From a virus: a stretch of 56,410 nucleotides of DNA. Both the position numbers and the translations under genes were made by a program. The notes under the pieces were generated by a model that did not search any database, was not told where the DNA came from, and saw only the letters and a list, made by a program, of their open reading frames with translations. Positions 55,501-56,410 of this stretch are shown piece by piece. Location of the stretch: IMG/VR virus record IMGVR_UViG_3300009446_000002, positions 1 to 56,410 of that record. One strand, given 5' to 3'. How positions within the stretch are numbered: position 1 is the first letter of the stretch; each line of letters opens with the position of its first letter.

Positions 55501-56410
55501 AACGGAATTTCGCTTAACTGCGGCTGTACGGACCCAGTAGTAAATATTTCTGGTTCCTGTGCTTCTGGACTGTCTTCTTCTATTTCTGGTTCCTGTCCGT
55601 CGCCTTCTTATAATTGGATTTTTAACGGGAACACTATTTCGACTTCTTCTTCTGTTACTTCTTCTATAGTGCAGGCGAACGGAAACGGAACCTATTTACT
55701 TTTAGTAACTTGTTCTAATGGCTGCGGCGACAATTCGTCTATATTTATTTCAGACTGTGTAGACCCATGCGAAAGCTGTTCTATAACTGTTTCTACAAAT
55801 AGCTGCGAATTAATTTACTCAATAGTAGGCGCAGGATGCGCAGGGCGTCCCTGGCAAATACAATTCCAGGACGGCTGTTCTGGTTCTTTTGCGACAGTAT
55901 CTACAGGAAACGGAACAGGAAACGGAAGCTACACAATAGACGAAGACGGATGCTACAGAATTTTTATGCCTGCTTCTGGAAACTGCCCTGCAGAATTTTC
56001 GAACATAGCTTCTTTTTCTGGCTGTGAAGTTTCCTGCGACTGCGACGTAGTTTTGATCGACGACGGCGACTGCACACTAAGCGCAATAGTTTCGGGTTCG
56101 GCTTCTGACTGTGCAAACTACGATTTAATAATAGTTAAATTTAATTCTTCTGGCTGCAGCGGTTCTACCTGTACATTAGAATTCTTTCCAGGAGCAGCAC
56201 CAGGAACATATTTTGCAAATGATATAGAAAAGAATGCCTGTTCTTCTTATGATAACGACACAGGCTACAGGGCGACTTTGATCGGAAACAACGGCTGCAG
56301 CACAAACCAGGGAAACTGTATAAATTTAACTGGCTGCGAATGCGATATAAGCTTAAGCGTTTCTGTTTCGAATTGCGTAGCTACTGCTACACCTATAGGC
56401 GGTATAGGAC
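52513..56410 (+). CDS. 5' part of the 1447-aa exported, Cys-rich SprB-repeat protein (tail-fibre position); continues at 1..569
   Basis: ATG 52513 has an ATGA overlap with the upstream stop. I translated the whole stretch and found no stop to the window end. Signal peptide MMKKIFILILLFMLVVQTCFS|Q. At least six SprB-type units between about 53200 and 54820. Confidence 0.8.
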   Translation, partial: MMKKIFILILLFMLVVQTCFSQIDPSNICLFDIIEGNPSTGGTIEITDDPTGTLNTTYDWDESCVDLSSLECEVVTFTYCVEGDCPEPEFVNCDEICTEHEIIKGFTELDCDWTQRQDPVAGSGPWDVFTPGCSATICSDGVNDFWFRLIPNGITSDDDCELTGPYGTIDLSLNGAGIMFNVDQTHSGTYTWICFEGDELCEQSGEFILEIEPCDDCSLMCGSPIVENNICESTDLGIISFCITGGIAPYSWTTVDGTITSSNFCEELFVDASSGTYFVTVTDANDCEVICEAEIISEDNEDFLCEVETEPDNCAQSTGEATANQTGGTAPFSYQWDNGGTTETITGLSEGVYCVTIVDNFGCEVSCCESVINVESNLICDITETNESCAGNDGTLSVNTLNGPAPFLYNWSNGQNTNPISGLTAGIYSLTVTDADGCSAVCEGEVVYECVCDLEIISLFPEDFCPGEEGSIQVFYSGGTAPYSIIWSNGETTNPITVNTAGSYSVTVTDTNDCESIGVGNVNEYPAPTCSVVTTETECTSPTGTVEVNVVGGTPSYSYLWSDGSTSSSVTGLSAGIYSVTVTDSNGCVTECEGEVEEFEANDGNCRTRIQGGQWENTCFINFCPNDGLITFLDVQPGGNTNNCFIVSPSTITYNANNGINGLFVIDDSIEEEGAWVSTCEDSNGCTYNITFFLTEDCPCNLVPVCSAEDETCTDYDDGIIEVTPTGANYVWSDGQTTNPAIGLEPGTYFVTVTDSNGCSGTCEGEVEEATLGGIVLNGDCSSLTWFWSPYPGGSGAYFTQWFLDGVFISNGDPITPIGTGTYTAIVSYSGTGNNCDYTGPGLFLDCTAGCTDPVVSISGGCTILTSSISGACPSPTYQWFLNGAAISGATSSTYSPPPNISGFINLQVLCSNGCDDTSNSISLNCGCTDPVVSISGGCTMLTSSISGACPGASYQWFLNGSAVSGATSSTWTPPAGTSGNVLLDVNCSNGCGDSSNGISLNCGCTDPVVNISGSCASGLSSSISGSCPSPSYNWIFNGNTISTSSSVTSSIVQANGNGTYLLLVTCSNGCGDNSSIFISDCVDPCESCSITVSTNSCELIYSIVGAGCAGRPWQIQFQDGCSGSFATVSTGNGTGNGSYTIDEDGCYRIFMPASGNCPAEFSNIASFSGCEVSCDCDVVLIDDGDCTLSAIVSGSASDCANYDLIIVKFNSSGCSGSTCTLEFFPGAAPGTYFANDIEKNACSSYDNDTGYRATLIGNNGCSTNQGNCINLTGCECDISLSVSVSNCVATATPIGGIG
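55060..55752 (+). repeat. Three tandem 231-bp (77-aa) coding repeats inside the SprB-repeat gene
   Basis: Units start at 55060, 55291 and 55522 (GGCTG(C/T)AC(A/G)GACCCAGTAGTAA...). The first 76 nt of units 1 and 2 differ at one position. Confidence 0.85.
56288..56410. repeat. Terminal overlap, copy 2 (identical to 1..123)
   Basis: Exact identity read directly. Confidence 0.95.

Noticed and set aside
55060-55752. The tandem repeats as a diversity-generating retroelement template/variable-repeat pair
   Set aside because: No reverse transcriptase gene is present anywhere. Differences between the units are not restricted to adenine positions.
1-56410. High frequency of TTCGAA, GAATTC, AAGCTT and CGAA/TTCG as an additional DNA-level signal
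   Set aside because: These are plausibly by-products of very heavy use of GAA, TTC, GAC and NCG codons and of frequent Phe-Glu and Asp-Glu pairs. I could not separate them from codon effects by eye. For CTGCAG, by contrast, a rare codon (CTG) is specifically recruited.
1-56410. CRISPR arrays, integrase or attachment sites, reverse transcriptase or retron, toxin-antitoxin pairs
   Set aside because: I saw no direct-repeat/spacer arrays, no tyrosine- or serine-recombinase motifs and no RT motifs. The absence rests on inspection by eye only.

Overview
The window is a complete, circularly closed phage genome. Nt 1-123 are identical to nt 56288-56410, so the unique length is about 56,287 bp. It is densely packed with about 85 genes, all on the + strand, many joined by ATGA or TAATG stop/start overlaps.

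The host is almost certainly a Bacteroidetes/Flavobacteriia bacterium. Evidence: TAnnTTTG-type -7 promoter boxes, no Shine-Dalgarno sequences, signal peptides with Gln at +1, a lipoprotein with a CKDD export signal, and SprB-type adhesin repeats.

Modules, read around the circle:
- Tail module, 44350 -> wrap -> 569: tape measure protein, two large tail proteins, and a 1447-aa SprB-repeat protein. The ORF track misses this last gene because the linearisation point cuts it.
- Small genes, 603-2974.
- Head module, 3034-11545: ClpP-like prohead protease fused to a scaffold-like region, a capsid candidate and a portal candidate.
- A terminator-bounded operon, 11617-18874: four exported proteins plus a TcdE-type holin.
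- Recombination and early genes, 19088-23113: YqaJ-like exonuclease, RecT-like annealing protein, wHTH regulator, NinG-like protein.
- Endolysin and large terminase, 23103-25024.
- A dihaem cytochrome-c-peroxidase-like gene, 25065-26024.
- An HNH endonuclease, a ParB-like protein, SSB, many small unknown genes, and a PP-loop/PAPS-reductase-like gene.
- One tRNA with anticodon CAT, 43990-44063.

I recognised no integrase, DNA polymerase, primase, helicase, CRISPR array or reverse transcriptase.

The observations most worth follow-up:
- The exported SprB-repeat protein and the exported-protein operon.
- A T10 slippery run leading into a 124-codon ORF with no start codon in the -1 frame.
- A roughly 10-fold excess of the palindrome CTGCAG, with at least 11 copies of CCTGCAGG.
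- The phage-encoded peroxidase homologue.

All functional calls come from motif recognition by eye. No searches were run.
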